Positions 27,746 through 41,825 of a stretch of DNA of 64,000 nucleotides are shown here, piece after piece. Numbering within the stretch: the stretch's first letter is position 1; each line of letters begins with the position of its first letter. Both the position numbers and the translations under genes were made by a program. Origin of the DNA: Chrysomallon squamiferum (Eukaryota > Animalia > Mollusca); contig CM022665.1 of assembly GCA_012295275.1 (NCBI GenBank), positions 6,820,001 to 6,884,000 on the forward strand, written 5' to 3'. The notes below the pieces were generated by a model. That model was not told the DNA's origin. It saw only the letters and a list, made by a program, of their open reading frames with translations, and did no database searches.

Positions 27746-28507
27746 TCACACAGGACCATTTGGTACAGGACTGTCTGCCGGTAGTTTCTCGTAAGTGGTT
27801 ACAGTTTCCTGTGCTTGTGAACTGGAGAAGAAATTAAAAAAATAAACATATTATCAGAATTTCTGCCTTAAAAAACAAACAAACCCAGTCATATTCAGGA
27901 AAGCTTTTAAAATTTAGGGTTTAACTAGTGTTCATGGAGCAAAAAACATATGTTAAATTTTTTTATCTTAACTAATTCCAAAAAAATGAGATGCATTCCG
28001 AGTATTAACTGACAATCCTGATACACTTCCAGATGCAAGAGAATAATTGTATCACCATATAATTAATAAAGGTTATATTTTTAAGTAATATATCAGATAT
28101 TATCGAAGTTAAGAAATAAATTCAAAGCAAATAAAAGAACAATACAAATACCTTGCTTCCTGAACTTTTGCATTAACATCAAGTGGAGCATCTCCTTCAG
28201 CTGGTCCGTTTTTCAGCAGAACTGATTCTGCAGGCTGGTTCATCTTTATTAATCCGGAAGACGCTAGAAAACTATCAAGTGAAAGATGTACAGAATATTG
28301 TTTCAGTATTTGTTAATTTTGTCAGTTTAAGTATAAAAAAAGTTTTGTATTTTTATCACTTTTATCAATTACTAATTAGGTTTGCTTTACAGACACATCA
28401 GACTGATAGTATACTTTGATTTCACATAAACAGATATAAAGAAGTATCAATTTAGCACAAACTATTTAGGTAGACGAACAGTGAGAGTAAAATGCATGTG
28501 TATATAT

Positions 28508-28546
<39 letters not shown>

Positions 28547-31500
28547 TACACGACACACTGTCAAAAAAGAAATACAGGTGTTAGGGAAAGTAGAGAAATG
28601 TCTGATTTCACATAATATTGGGGGTTTTTTGTACAGTGTTGTTGTTTGTTAATGTTCCTGGAATGTTACAGCATGCCCAAATATGTCCATGTGTGACAGT
28701 TAAGGAAACTGGTGTGAAATGGTCAGATTTTGGCAAATGCAAGTGAAAAGACCGCATTACTGATGGGTATTTAAAGCTCCAATGCTCACAATGATGTCTC
28801 ATTTCCACTTTGACATAGCTGAGTTAGAAGATGCCAAGACCATGCCTAATGAAACAAAACACTGCAATAGATGAACTGCAGTCACCAATCACACAACGCA
28901 TGAAGGTCGATATCATTTCTCTGGGTCAGGTACCAGCAGTTTCATCAGATGAAGAGTAATCTAGAAGTGGAAAACATGGCATAATAACAGCAGCACTTGA
29001 TTGCTTCTTCTGGGTTCTGCTCTTGGGAAAATGGCATATTTCCTTCTACAGCTATGTATGTATAGACACTGTAATGAATTTTTTTGTCAACAACTGCTTC
29101 ACTCAAGTTGACATATTCAGTGATGGGAGTATAATGATTTGGGGTGCCATCTCATACACTGGCTGAAGTAACCTAGTGTTTGTACAAGGCAACCTGACAG
29201 CCATACCATACAGGGATTAAATTCTTTGCTGCCACATGCCTGCCTTATTTTGAACTGACCGACAACATGTCACCTGTAACAAGATTCCCTACAGAATGAG
29301 AACATTAAATTGCTGCACTGGCCATTAACATCACCAGATCTCAACTCCTCTGAATTGGATGAATTGGACATTTCCACAACTGTCACATGCACTTCGGGAA
29401 GAATAGGCTAGGATTTCACATACCTTGTTTCAGAGACTCATTCAGTCTATGCCAAGGAGATGATATGCAGTAATAAATGCCATTTGTCACCTTACAAGCT
29501 ACTGATTTCACTCTCATGTCAAATTTTATGATATAGTCATAAATAACAAAATTATGCCACTATGCATGAGAGAGATAATTCTATGAATATGTGCCTATGC
29601 ATTTCTTTTTTGACAGAAAATACACACATACACACACACTTATAGATGTTAAAAAAAAAATCACCCAAGGATATATTTCATAATACTTTTACAGATTAAC
29701 TGTTAAACAACAAGTTCTAATAAACAACAAATACTTTAATTACTTGGGAATTTTCTTGTGCTGATAAAACAGAAATATAGCTATTTATTTTATTTGTAGT
29801 TATTAATTCCCCCCCCCCCACTAATAAGGTAGAAGAAAAAAAACAAAACCTTTCCATTACAATGTGAAATATCATGGAATGTTAAATGTGATAAATGTTA
29901 AATAAAAATAAAATTAATTAAGTGCCCTCCTCCAAAATATCTAATAAATAATAATATCTGAAAGCAGCAGTGCAGCAAATAAATGGGGGGTTTTAAAATG
30001 TAAAAATAAATTACTTAATTTCATATTAACTATTTTTTTTGTTTCTTCTTGTTTTTCTGTTGTTTATTTTATCCCAAAATCCACAAAACAAATGTTCTGT
30101 GATCAAAAAGTCTATATTTATTATAAGAAAAGGGATGGGTTAAAATTCCAAATTAAAACACTAATACAAAAAAAACAAAACAACATTCCAGAACAAGATA
30201 CATCAAAAGCTTTGTTACTTCAAAATGAAATACTAGTTTAACAATTTTTAAAAGATAAAAATAAATGCATGAAAAGTTAAAATAAACTGAACAGTAACTG
30301 AAACTGAAACTGAAACAATTAAAAGTAGTACTTCTAGCATCCAAATGATTCATAATGACATTTTTTTCTTCTTTCTTTCACATTTCTACCACAGATAAAA
30401 ATCACAAATGCATGCAATTCAAGCCACAAAGTTTTTACCCTATCCTTAACCCCATTTTTGCTAAGCATAATGTATAACATGAGGATCCTTGTGCTCCAGA
30501 TTCAACAATAACCTAAGTCTGAAAGCAAACAAAACATTCATGCAACTATTAAAGATTTCCAGCCTGTTGCTTTGATGGAAGCATTCTGACAATGACAACA
30601 GATGACAACCGACTCACTCAAAGTTGGCATTTAGGTCATCTTCTTCCTGCCGTTTCTTGCTTGTCCACCTAATAATGATTAACAACTGAAGAATATGTTC
30701 AACAGAATGATGAACATTTTTCATACAACGATGACTTGAAAAACCTAAGGAAATTTCAGGTTTTCCTGAAATAATGGTTAGAGAATTGATCAGTTTCCTT
30801 TCTAATTTGCTAAGATTTAAGCTGAAGATAGGAGGTACAAAGCACCCAGATATTATCTTTGAAATCACTAATAGATATCAATTACCTGTTTCTTCCATAA
30901 CATTATCTAAGCTCTGGAAAAAAAACCTGTTATATAATACATAACATGTCTGTATCTATTTTAATCTTTAACTGTATCTTTGTAATGTACATTAATAAAG
31001 CCTGAGAACCAAATAGGTTAATAAAGTCAAATAATATACATAAATAATTACCTATCATCATTTTTATCTTGTTTGGGACTTGCAATATTCTCTATACAGG
31101 CTTCAGATGTTAAGACAGAATCACCAGAAGTTTCATCAGCAACTTTCCCATCATTTACAGGTGAACAGTTTTCTCGTGGTGGACTATTTAAGTGGAAAAA
31201 ATGGTAAAGAATATATATGTATATAAATTGAAAGAGGAAACGCTTTATAATAGGCTGATTTTTTTATTTTAAAAGCTAGTGATATAATATACCTTGTTGA
31301 AGGCAAAGGAGGTGCCAATTCCTGAGACAAATCCTGATTTAATGGATCCAAACTTTCTTTTATCTCATCTTCACTCTTCTCATGCGATTTATCCTGAGCA
31401 ACATCTACTGACTTCAAATTTTGTTCAGTATCCGAAGACACACTTTTAACAACTGTAATAGTAATATTTCACAAAGGTACATATAAAATTTAAAGGAAAA

Positions 31501-34500
31501 AAGTAGCTTGAAATATAAATTTGATATATGCCTGTAAAGAATCAACTGATTATCTGGTATCCATTGTAAACAACGAAGTTAAAAAAGATACCTAATTAAC
31601 TTTAACCAATATACAGACATTTCATTTATCTCATCATAGAAAGTTTTTAACCATAAAATAAAAACATGAAATCTACAAATTTGTAAATACTTACTGTAAG
31701 CACTGCTTCTTGTATTTTCTGTAGTATCCATAGCAACAGGAGAACTACTTCGTGGGCCATGCTTAGTCCTGTTAAAAAAGAAAGAAAAAAAAAGAAGGTT
31801 TTATTAAGAAATTGGGAATGAATTATCCTAACAAGGACAATCTTGTTAATTAAGGAAAAAAGAAAAAGAAAAAAGGAAGAAACAGATGTAATTACGTTTC
31901 AAAATCAACGGTTGCAACAGAAGTAAATTTGCTGAAATCAGCCCAGTTTTCTTCTGTTGTTTCTGCAGTTTCTGATGCTGGACCTTGGTCTGCTCCCCAT
32001 GCAATAACAGTTTCCAGTGGTTCTGTAGATGCTTCCATAGGAACATCATCAAAATGAGCAGTCCAATTTGCTGCAAGTAAGCAGTATAAAATTCACAAAA
32101 ATGTACATGGTTATCACCGAATAAAATCTAATGATATATCTGGTCATAAATTAATACCTAATACATTTCTGTTCAGTTTCCTTTCACATAAACAAGTTTT
32201 TTTGGCATTATGTATTTTTTTAAATCAAGTAAAATTGTTTTTACACATTATTTTCAAAGATTTTAGCAATAAGACTGTAGAGATGAACATTAAAACAGCT
32301 AATTTTATTATGGTTGCAGAGCAAAAGTAATGTTCTTTAAAATATGTTGTAAAATGATTTTGAGGTCATACATTATCCCAAGATTGAAAAATCTGAAGGT
32401 ATAAACTTACCTTCATTTGGATCAATATCCATTTTCTCAGCAGTTGGTTGTTGTTTTATTATACGTGGTGAATTCAGCTCTTCTTCACTGTCGGTACTGT
32501 CTTCATCACTGCTATTTGTACGAGCTGTTTCAGCAGTCAAACGACTAAAAGGTCAAATTTTACAGTTTGATCTGTGTAGCTACTTAATCTTATGATGGTA
32601 ACAGAATTACTAGTATTATTTCAAATTAAAATATAACAATTCTGCTATCACCATTTATTATAATCTGCATAATTTTCCAATCTGCTTACACTGAACCCAT
32701 AATTATATATAATTAATCTAAGATTAATTTTAAGTATTTCTGTTTATTTTGGGAATTGGACACATTTTGTCCTGTTATTCCCTAGGTTTTCCATGGTGTA
32801 ATTACTGCGTTAGCTGAAATAGGCAAACTGTTTGAAATAAACAAATACCTGGGACGATTATGTTGAGGACTTTTATCAAAAGTCAAAGGTTTCTCTTCCC
32901 AGATATCTTCATCACTATCATTATCATCAAACTGGTGGATTTTTTCATTACACGCTTGGTCAAACATTGCTGAATTTGAATGCTGCAAAATAAAAGGAAT
33001 CCAACACTAAATAATTAGCTTCCAAAATGTTAAGCAATTACAATTTCAAATGATATACATTTTCAATAACTTTAATCCATTTTTTTTCATCAAAAAAATT
33101 TAAAAACCTAATAAAATAGAGTGGAACACAGTTTGATGGTAACAGCATGTTTTAGGATATTTTCCATTTTTGCTTGTACCCTGTGACTCAGGAACAAAAT
33201 ACATATATTTTCCTTTCACTGGAAAAATGCACATAAAAAATAAGTTCCAGTTAATTACAGTAACAATCTAACATTATCAGAGAAAAAGGATATCATTGGT
33301 CGAAAAAGAATATTTTCTATTTCAATTATGTTATGGTTAGCCTGAAATGTTTGGGTTTAAAATGTATATAATATGCTGAATTACACTACTAGCCATAACT
33401 AAAAATAGACAATATACTCACAGTCTCTTCATTTGCTTGAATGTTGAAGTCTATACTGGATATCCTTTCTGTAAAGGGTGCACTGTAAAGATGATAATTT
33501 GAAAACATTAAAACATATTTCTGTCTGTGATACAGTGGGGTTAACTAGGTTACAAATTTTAGATTACAGAATAAACTCCACAGAATAAAAAATATATAAA
33601 TTATAAAAAATAATAATGTCCTCCAGCATGTCAGATATTTAAAATTAATAATTAAAACCAACACAAGAAATGAGTAAAATAATTTTAAAAAGTAAGTCAA
33701 TAAGAACGAGATAATGATAAAATAATTCTAAAAATATATAGGTAAATGAATTGTTTTTCTGTTTTCATATACTTACTCTATCTTGTCTTCCTGCTCTGCA
33801 AATTCATCTTCGTTGAAGCCAAACTGGTCAATGAAGTTGCTTGTCATCTGTTGCAGCTGGTAATCAGAGAAGGCCTGATGAATAAACCAGGCAGTAACCA
33901 TGTCAACAGCAAATAAAGACCGACCATTGTGGCAGCCTCTAATAATTGCTACAGCATAGCATTTCTACTGCTCTATTTTTAACTATAAGTAATACTACTC
34001 AAGCTATATCAGACATCTTGAACACAACTGTCAGATTATTAAATAACTGTAGCTATAATTAAAAATTTAACAACAATTTATATTAATATTTTTTGGTAAA
34101 TTATATTGTGTATTTCTTTATTTTTAATTTTCTAGCACTTGTTCTTAACTACCCAAAAATATGAGATCATCTCTTCAAATCACAATCTCCACAATTTGGG
34201 AAAGATCTATAAAACTTTTGTCTGAACAAATGTTATCAAAATAATAATAAAAATAAATATGCAAAATATAATTTGTTTATGTTCTTCATATTAAAGGTAA
34301 CAAATATAAGAAAATTCTAATTTTGGTATTCATTAGTAATAATTATTGTCAGTTGTGTAAAGCACAAGATACTCTCAATAGTGCCCAAAACCATTCTGAA
34401 CAATTTCATGGATATATTAACATGATGAAAATCCAAATAAATATTTGTTGTTAAATAAAGACTGATTTGTCTAACCATATTTATGCTGTCAAAAAGCAGA

Positions 34501-37500
34501 AAAATATCTGACGAGAGAACCCAAATCAAGTTATGGACAGATTGTTTTACAGAATATTTTGTCTACTTCATTATCTACCAAATGAATCATTAATTTAAAA
34601 AAAAAAAAAAAAAATGATAATTATAAAAGGGGATATCCTTGAAACATAGTATCGGATGATGTGATTGTAAAAAGGAGAAAAAAAATATTTATCCTTTATC
34701 TTCCAGAAGTTTTATTTTCTTTTTCTTTTCAATAATTAGTGCTGAATTTGTTTACTCTTCTTTTTAAAAAAGTATTATAATACTTACTTGTGAGTATGTT
34801 TAGACAGGTTTTAAAAGACAATTAATGAACATTTGTTAAAGTAAATATTTCTGTACCTGTTGCATGGCAGTGTCCTGAGGGAAGGGAATGTCTTTAAAAT
34901 CAGCATCATCATCTTCACTACTAGAAACTAACGGGTGACCTTTCATCTACAAACACACAGTAACAAGCATAATTTTAGTTGAAACAACAAAGAAACTCCG
35001 ACCCCCCAAAAAAACACACCCAAAAAACAACAATAAACAGTTTATTTAGATGGCGTATATCATATACCAGAATAAAACATTAATCCTTGATTGGCTTTCT
35101 TAGGAGGAAGGGGAAAAAAAGAAGGGAAAATAAAAAAAAAAGCTGTAAAGAACTGAAAATATAAAGCTTGTGCTTATGAAACAAATCAACTTACTGATTC
35201 TATTGCATTTTTCTGGTTGATATCACAAAGTGATGATGATAAAAATGTTTCCCATTTCTCTTTGTATTCATCTGCAATTTCTGAAAAATGAAATGGTATC
35301 TGGTTATAAGCAATGTTAAATTAAACTATTTTAACTGAATCATTTAAAAATTAAATACTAATAACAACAAAAGGACTGTAAATAAATAAAAGGATAGGTG
35401 TTAGATGGTTATTAAATCTGTAACACATTAAATTCTAAAATATTTTCAGAACAGAGTAACTGTTTTAAAGAGAAATATGTATTTAAAAAGATAAATAAAA
35501 AAGAAAATAATAAAAAAAACCTGACAAATTCAATAATCTCCAGGATTTCTATTAATTTACCGTCAAAGCACTGTTTTATAAATTCTGCATTCTCCCCTTT
35601 TTCCATGCTTGCTTTTATTGAATTAGCCACTTTTGTAAGGTGACCCATGAAACCTTTGCGTCTTCCTCCTTCTTTTGATCTGAAATGGAAATGCACACAT
35701 CTGTGTTATTACTTAGAATTGTTTTCCTAGAAAAGCATTTTACAATTTCCAAAAAATGTCTTCAAAGCATCCTATTTAATATTACAGAGTAACAGGACTT
35801 GAAAACCAAGAATATTTTCAGATACAGAATGAAAAGACAGAAGATATATAAACTTAGAATTTCAAAAAACAATAATTAAAAATAAGAAGAATATTGCCCA
35901 GGAGGCATGCAAACTGTGGATGCTGTCCTAGTATTATACTTACTGTTGCAGTTCATTTTCATCCCATTCATCCAACAACCTTTCAATAACTTTGGTTTTT
36001 GAGAAAAGCTGCAAACATAAAAACAATTACAAATAATGAAAAGGTCAAGTACATCTTTATCCATTTACATCCATTTGAAAATTGTCTTCCAATTGTATTT
36101 TACAATATTTAACAAAACAAAAAAAATCAAAAAATAAAATAACATACCTGAGCTAAAAGTGGATTTTCCTTTTTACCATCTTCTTCAACAGGATGGTTGT
36201 TGAGTATTGTTACAATACACTGCTCCACTTGAGTGTGTAAAAAGTTATTCCATATATATTTAAAGTAGAGATCCTGAAAATTAAATATTTTCAGCTCAGA
36301 TAAGATGACATTAAGGGATAAAAATATCCTTTCACTCTAATAATACATGCTTCAGAAACAAAACTAATATAATACAAAGACTTCACACTGCATAATTTTC
36401 AATATCACCTCAACACTGTATAATCAAAGCATAAAAAATCTGACTAACTAGTAAAATGCTGACAGTTCCAAGTTTAGCTAACTCAACATTGACAGAATGT
36501 GTGTTGGTAGACAGCAGAGCAGTAACAAGTCGAGCTATCTGTAATCGGGTGTTGCCCAACGGTGGATCCAGAGTACCAAATGTTGTAGGCATTGAACTGA
36601 AGTGTTGCTACAAAATAACCAAAACAATTATATTAAAACCATGTTAAAATGCTATAAGCTAAATAATATTTATTATCTTACTATTTTATTTTGTATAATT
36701 TATTTCTGAGATTCAACAGCAATAATCCTACACTGTAGAATTCATAATGTGACATATCTAGCTGGGCCTATACAGGCCAATGTGGCTATTCCAGATTATG
36801 ATACACTTTGTTTTGATCATATTTGCCAATTTATTTGGTTATGGTAAATTATACAGTGGAAGTTGCTGTAAGAAAGAATAACAAAATCTAAAAGAATCAC
36901 TTGAAAATTCTAGGCACTTCCAAATGTTTTAAGACAAACATATTTCACCTTTCCACTTTTATCTATCTTTTAACCATCAACATTGAAAACAATTTTTATT
37001 TTCTAACATATTCATTATACCTTTGGTGGATCTAATAATAAATTATGGAAGTCTTTCAAACGAGGTGTTATTGCAGTCAAAACACTGTTCACACCCTGAG
37101 TAAGACGTTCAGCATCCTGAGCAGTCATATGGTCATTCGCAACTTCTGGTCTGATAACAGATTTAAAAAAAAAATAAAAAAATAAAATAATGCATTGAAA
37201 TCAAAATATTAATGTTAGTTAATTGAAACATTAAGATATAATTTGATAAAACATACTTCTTATATTATCAGTTAAATCTCAAATTCAACAAGTATGAACA
37301 AAGTAATGAAATTTGGCATACCCTTGCTTTCGGACTTCAAGAAGTGTGTGAATAACAAAGAGACCATTTACTAAAACAGACTCATTCTTTTCTGTATCTA
37401 AGAGATTGCTTAGCAAAGTCGATACAGTTTCTTCTCTATAAAAAAAGAAGAAAGAAAAAGAAAAAGATAATTTATTATAAATGGAACATGATATAAGAAA

Positions 37501-40483
37501 GAAAATGTATTAATTGCTAAGAACAATCAGTTATTTCTGAATCAACAAATGCAGAAACAATTTCTTGCTGTCCAATATTTGACAAATATAATTTATAGTT
37601 GTAATTAGATAAATATAACAAAATATGTCAACATTATGAGTTTTGGTACATTATCATTGTCATGTAAAGATTTAAATCTGGAAACAAATGTTTTACATGT
37701 ATTAGATTTAACCTGAGAAAGGAAGTCGCATTTATTCTAATAACTGATGTCAGAAATGAAAAACCTGGCCACTTACAGCTCCATTGTGACTAACAGTGGG
37801 TCTGGATCAGAGCTATCCTGCTGCTGTATTATCTGCTCTCGTCCAAGGCGCACAATGTCACACAAAGACTGGGCTGCATTGCAGTGTATCTGAAATGAAA
37901 ATATATATTGATATCAACAAATATTCATGCAATATTATGTTCATGAAACAAAACTAACTTAAAAATGTTACAATCAAAAAGACTATCGGAGGATCAGAGG
38001 ATATGTCTATTTCCACAAAGTTACTTACATCATCATCTGTCGATGGAACTATACTTGCTACAAGTCGTTCCACAACACGTTGTTCATTCAACCACTGAAA
38101 AACGTAAGCATTACAGGTATGACATTTTATGTATCCTTTATATGTGGCTTGTAACAGGAGTAATGCACCATACAAGAATAAGCCATATCAGAAAATTAAT
38201 AAAAGAAAATTTCATCAATAAGGTAGCTTCCAATTTAAAAACTAAAAAACATAAAATTTAAAAAATTAAAATTAACAATAACAAAGTTACACATTAATCA
38301 AGTTTGATATGTAAAATAAATAGTATTTTCACCATTATTAAATTACAGTAAGCATTATATATTATCAACATTAAACAACAATTTTCTAGAACAAAATAAT
38401 TGATTAAGCTATTTTATTTTACAACACTGTAAATTATGAAACAATACACTAAGACATACCTCTATCACAGCTCTGCGTACTTCAGGAGACTCGATGCATG
38501 TGATCAGTCTAAGGAGGAGGTCCATTATTGCAGACGTGCCTATGTGATTTAGTAAGCTGCCAACAAAATCTTTCTGACTTTTTAAATATTCAAATATCTG
38601 AAGAAACAAAGGCAATTAAATGTTAATAATGAATTAAGAATCCAGCAAAAAGTTATCCAACTTTGAAAAACTTATTTAAAAAAAAAATAACTGAAAAAGA
38701 CTACCAAAAAAATTAAAAAAGAAACATACTAAAAATTCTGCAACAGATTAAATAGTTGTTAAGTTCTTATTTGTATAAACAACTTTTGTTCTCTCACCAT
38801 TTCACTTTTTCTGGTTATTAAAAGTCCCATTACTTTGCTGAAAAAACTAGCAAGTAGTGGATTCAATGGTTTTTCACTTTCTAAAAAACTATACAGTTTT
38901 TCAACGAGCTCTTCACTGCTAGCTAATTTGTCATTGATCTGGGTAACATCTGAGGTCAGAAGTTCACAGGCTGTGTTGGGGTATCTGTAAAAAATAAAAA
39001 AATATTAATCAACATTTGCATAAAAATTATTAGCTAAAATAAAATTTAAAAAAATATATAATTCTTGTAATTTTGTAACACATTTTTATCTGCATGAAAC
39101 CTGTTTATAAATATTCTACTTACTTAAAACGTATCTTTTCATCCACATCCTCTGGAGGTTCTTGTGTTATGAGCCGCACCATTTCTTCCATATGTTCTGG
39201 ACGGATGACACTAACAAAACACACACACAAAAAAAGATAGATTATCCTAATAATGCTGTAACTGTTATTATCTAAAATACATTCCACAACTGTGTTAGCT
39301 AGACACGTAATATATTTTTGAATTCTTTTCAGAGTTTTAATACAAATATATAAAAGACAACATCAGAACATGAAACAATTTAATTTTACTTACAAGTCAA
39401 TAAGCTTCCTGTTTTGTGCTTTACATTCTTGAAGGATGTCATCCTCATCCATAAGTTCTGGTAATGTAACATCCTATAATAATTCATTTTAAATAAGAAT
39501 CTCAGCAGTAAAACGTTAACAAAGCTTAACTGAAATTGTTTTATCGACTACTAATTTAATATTTCCTTGGCTACGTGTGTGTGTGTGTGTGTGTGTGCGT
39601 GCGTGCGTGCGCGCGCGCGACACAGGTATAGATTGTGCCATTTCTAATTAACAGTTGTGTGATAACCTATAAACCTATTACTGGACAGTTTAATTAGATT
39701 TTAAATAATTTTGCTTCAAAATGGCAGTCTAATGATAACCTTTTGAAGAATAATGAAGACTTATTAAGAAACAAAATATAAAATAATTATTAATGAGGCT
39801 TTTTGTAAAATGTTGCTACAAAGAAAATGGAAAAAAAAAAAAGTGTTCTGACAGATTTAATTACTAACCCTTAATTAGTTTTACATTTGATACATATACA
39901 TTTTGTAACTCTTGAAAAATAAATTATTAAATATTAATTTGTGTTATACAGTACAAACAGAGACTGCTATTCAGAGTATTCCCAAAACTGAGTAACAGCA
40001 ATTTTACAATGAAATTAAAATATTTGTCAAGTCTACAACATAAAAATTTGATCACAAAACAAAGATATCAACATTGATGGCTTCTGAAAATATAATTACT
40101 TATGTAAAATTGAGAATCAGTGTTACACCATACCAAAAGGGAAACAATTTGATTACCTTCGGTTGTAATACAAGTCATGATTTAACCAATCCTATCATAA
40201 TTATGTACAAGACCAGCAACCAGTATTTTTAATCTTTATGATAATATTTTGGCAACCAAATATAAATAAATTACATGCTCACAATTTTAACACATTTCAT
40301 ACAATAATTCATTTTTTATGACTCAAAAGTCAACTTTGTCAATATTCATATTTCTATGAAAGTTAAAAGTATAATCAGATATATTTCAACCAAACTAACT
40401 GCAATAAAATGATTAATATTTACCTCTTTTTCAAGCAGTGTGTCTATATGAGAAGACGTCATCAAATTAAATTTCCAAAACAT
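27746..40483 (-). CDS. PPP6R3: Serine/threonine-protein phosphatase 6 regulatory subunit (SAPS domain), about 944 aa
   Basis: 26 phase-consistent exons: 40483-40424, 39473-39394, 39210-39124, 38984-38798, 38597-38460, 38094-38029, 37889-37777, 37435-37322, 37150-37021, 36607-36449, 36273-36148, 36008-35944, 35679-35561, 35280-35195, 34946-34857, 33874-33777, 33482-33422, 32982-32849, 32544-32411, 32070-31896, 31768-31695, 31452-31293, 31183-31052, 30668-30618 (uncertain), 28271-28152, 27821-27746. Motifs MFWKF...[88 protein letters not shown], and the C-terminus NGPV* as in PPP6R3. Confidence 0.95.
28511..28544. repeat. (CA)n microsatellite
   Basis: About 17 CA units just left of the Tc1 TIR at 28558. 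Confidence 0.9.
28558..29616 (+). mobile_element. Internally deleted Tc1-like element in a PPP6R intron
   Basis: Perfect 16-bp TIRs CTGTCAAAAAAGAAAT (28558-28573 / 29601-29616). Transposase remnants [37 protein letters not shown] and [11 protein letters not shown] with stops and deletions. Confidence 0.88.
39572..39619. repeat. Alternating purine-pyrimidine (GT)n(GCGT)n(GC)n tract
   Basis: Seen directly; about 48 bp of strict RY alternation. Confidence 0.85.
39918..40002 (-). repeat. 85-bp dispersed element, copy A (inverted partner at 43972-44056)
   Basis: 78/85 identity to the reverse complement of 43972-44056 by manual alignment. Confidence 0.85.
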
Positions 40484-41738
40484 TGTGACCTAAAACAAAT
40501 TTATAAAATATAGTATCAAAATAATTTGTAACTGTAATACATTTATTTCATAAATTCAGACAGTATTGATGATTAAGTAGAAAATTGTTATTGAACACCT
40601 TTCACAATACTGCTTTTAACAAAACAGTAAAGTATAATACCAGTTTTGAAATAAAGATTTGTGCTATTGTTTTTACATACTGCACTCATTCATGACTCAT
40701 TTAATAACTAGTAAATAAATTATTTTATTAAATCAATCTAAATATCATCTTTTAAAAAATCAATAAAAGCAAAGTTAATATGTTGCTGGGCAGTTTTCTT
40801 CAAATATAAATGCATGGTTTCCTGGGCTTTTTTTAATTATTATTTATTTTCTTTTAATTTTTTTGTTATTTTGATGTGTTAAATGGTTTACTGAAGAGAA
40901 AAAACAGAATGGACTGGCACCTGTTAAAAAATAATATTAAACCAATAATTCAAGGGGCTCAAATAATCTTGAAAGAAAATGCAGTTTTAAAATCTGCTTT
41001 ACTACAAAGGTGCAAATTATAAAATATATACATTTTTTAAATCTTCCATTAATTTTCAAAGAAATATGCAGTAAATACATTTGTTTTTCATTATTATTAT
41101 TATTTTAATCATTAACTGCAATAATAATTATTTATAAATTAAGAATACTGACACTGACAACATATTGAGGCATTTATAAAAATATATATTTTTTTTACAT
41201 TGTTAAATTATCTTAAACTTGTGAAAGCATCAGAAAGAACTTTAATTCAATTATAATAAAGTATGTACATTTTCATCAACTAAAACTAATACACTATCCC
41301 CTTTAATGTCTAACGAATGTAATGTATAAACATGTTAAATATGAAGGCGTTTCCGAGATTGATCAAGTTCAGTCGTGCAAGTTTAAGCAGTTATAATCAA
41401 ACAAGTATAGTTACAGTGTTTTGATTTCAAGACACAACTCTAGACTTACTAAATTATGAACTGTCGTCTGCAAATATAAAAGGAAAACTCAGTTTATGTC
41501 AATTCTACTTCAAACAGGGAATCACAAACAAATGAAACATTGCGGTAAATGATAACGCAGTCACGATCAGTTAGCTGTCAAGATGGTAACAGAGTATAAT
41601 TTTTAAAAATATCCTTGTAAAGATTACGTTGGGATATACATAATCATTTCTGATAATACGACATCAATGCAATCGTCAAATACGTATGTATTTATTTAAA
41701 AAGTGTCCCCAGGCGGGAACTGATATTATTAACAAATC

Positions 41739-41825
41739 CAAGATGGCTTCCGCTAAAAAACGAAATTCTCGAACATCCCATAATTTTCCTAAATCTCGCG
41801 AGATCCTACATTTCGCAAAAGTTGT
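41739..41825 (-). promoter_or_regulatory. PPP6R core promoter: ETS/YY1 composite, TCTCGCGAGA palindrome, ACTACA-like motif
   Basis: GCGGAAGCCATCTTG (minus, 41753-41739), ATCTCGCGAGAT (41793-41804) and CCTACATTTCGCA next to it, in a CpG-rich patch 1.3 kb upstream of the ATG exon. Confidence 0.6.
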
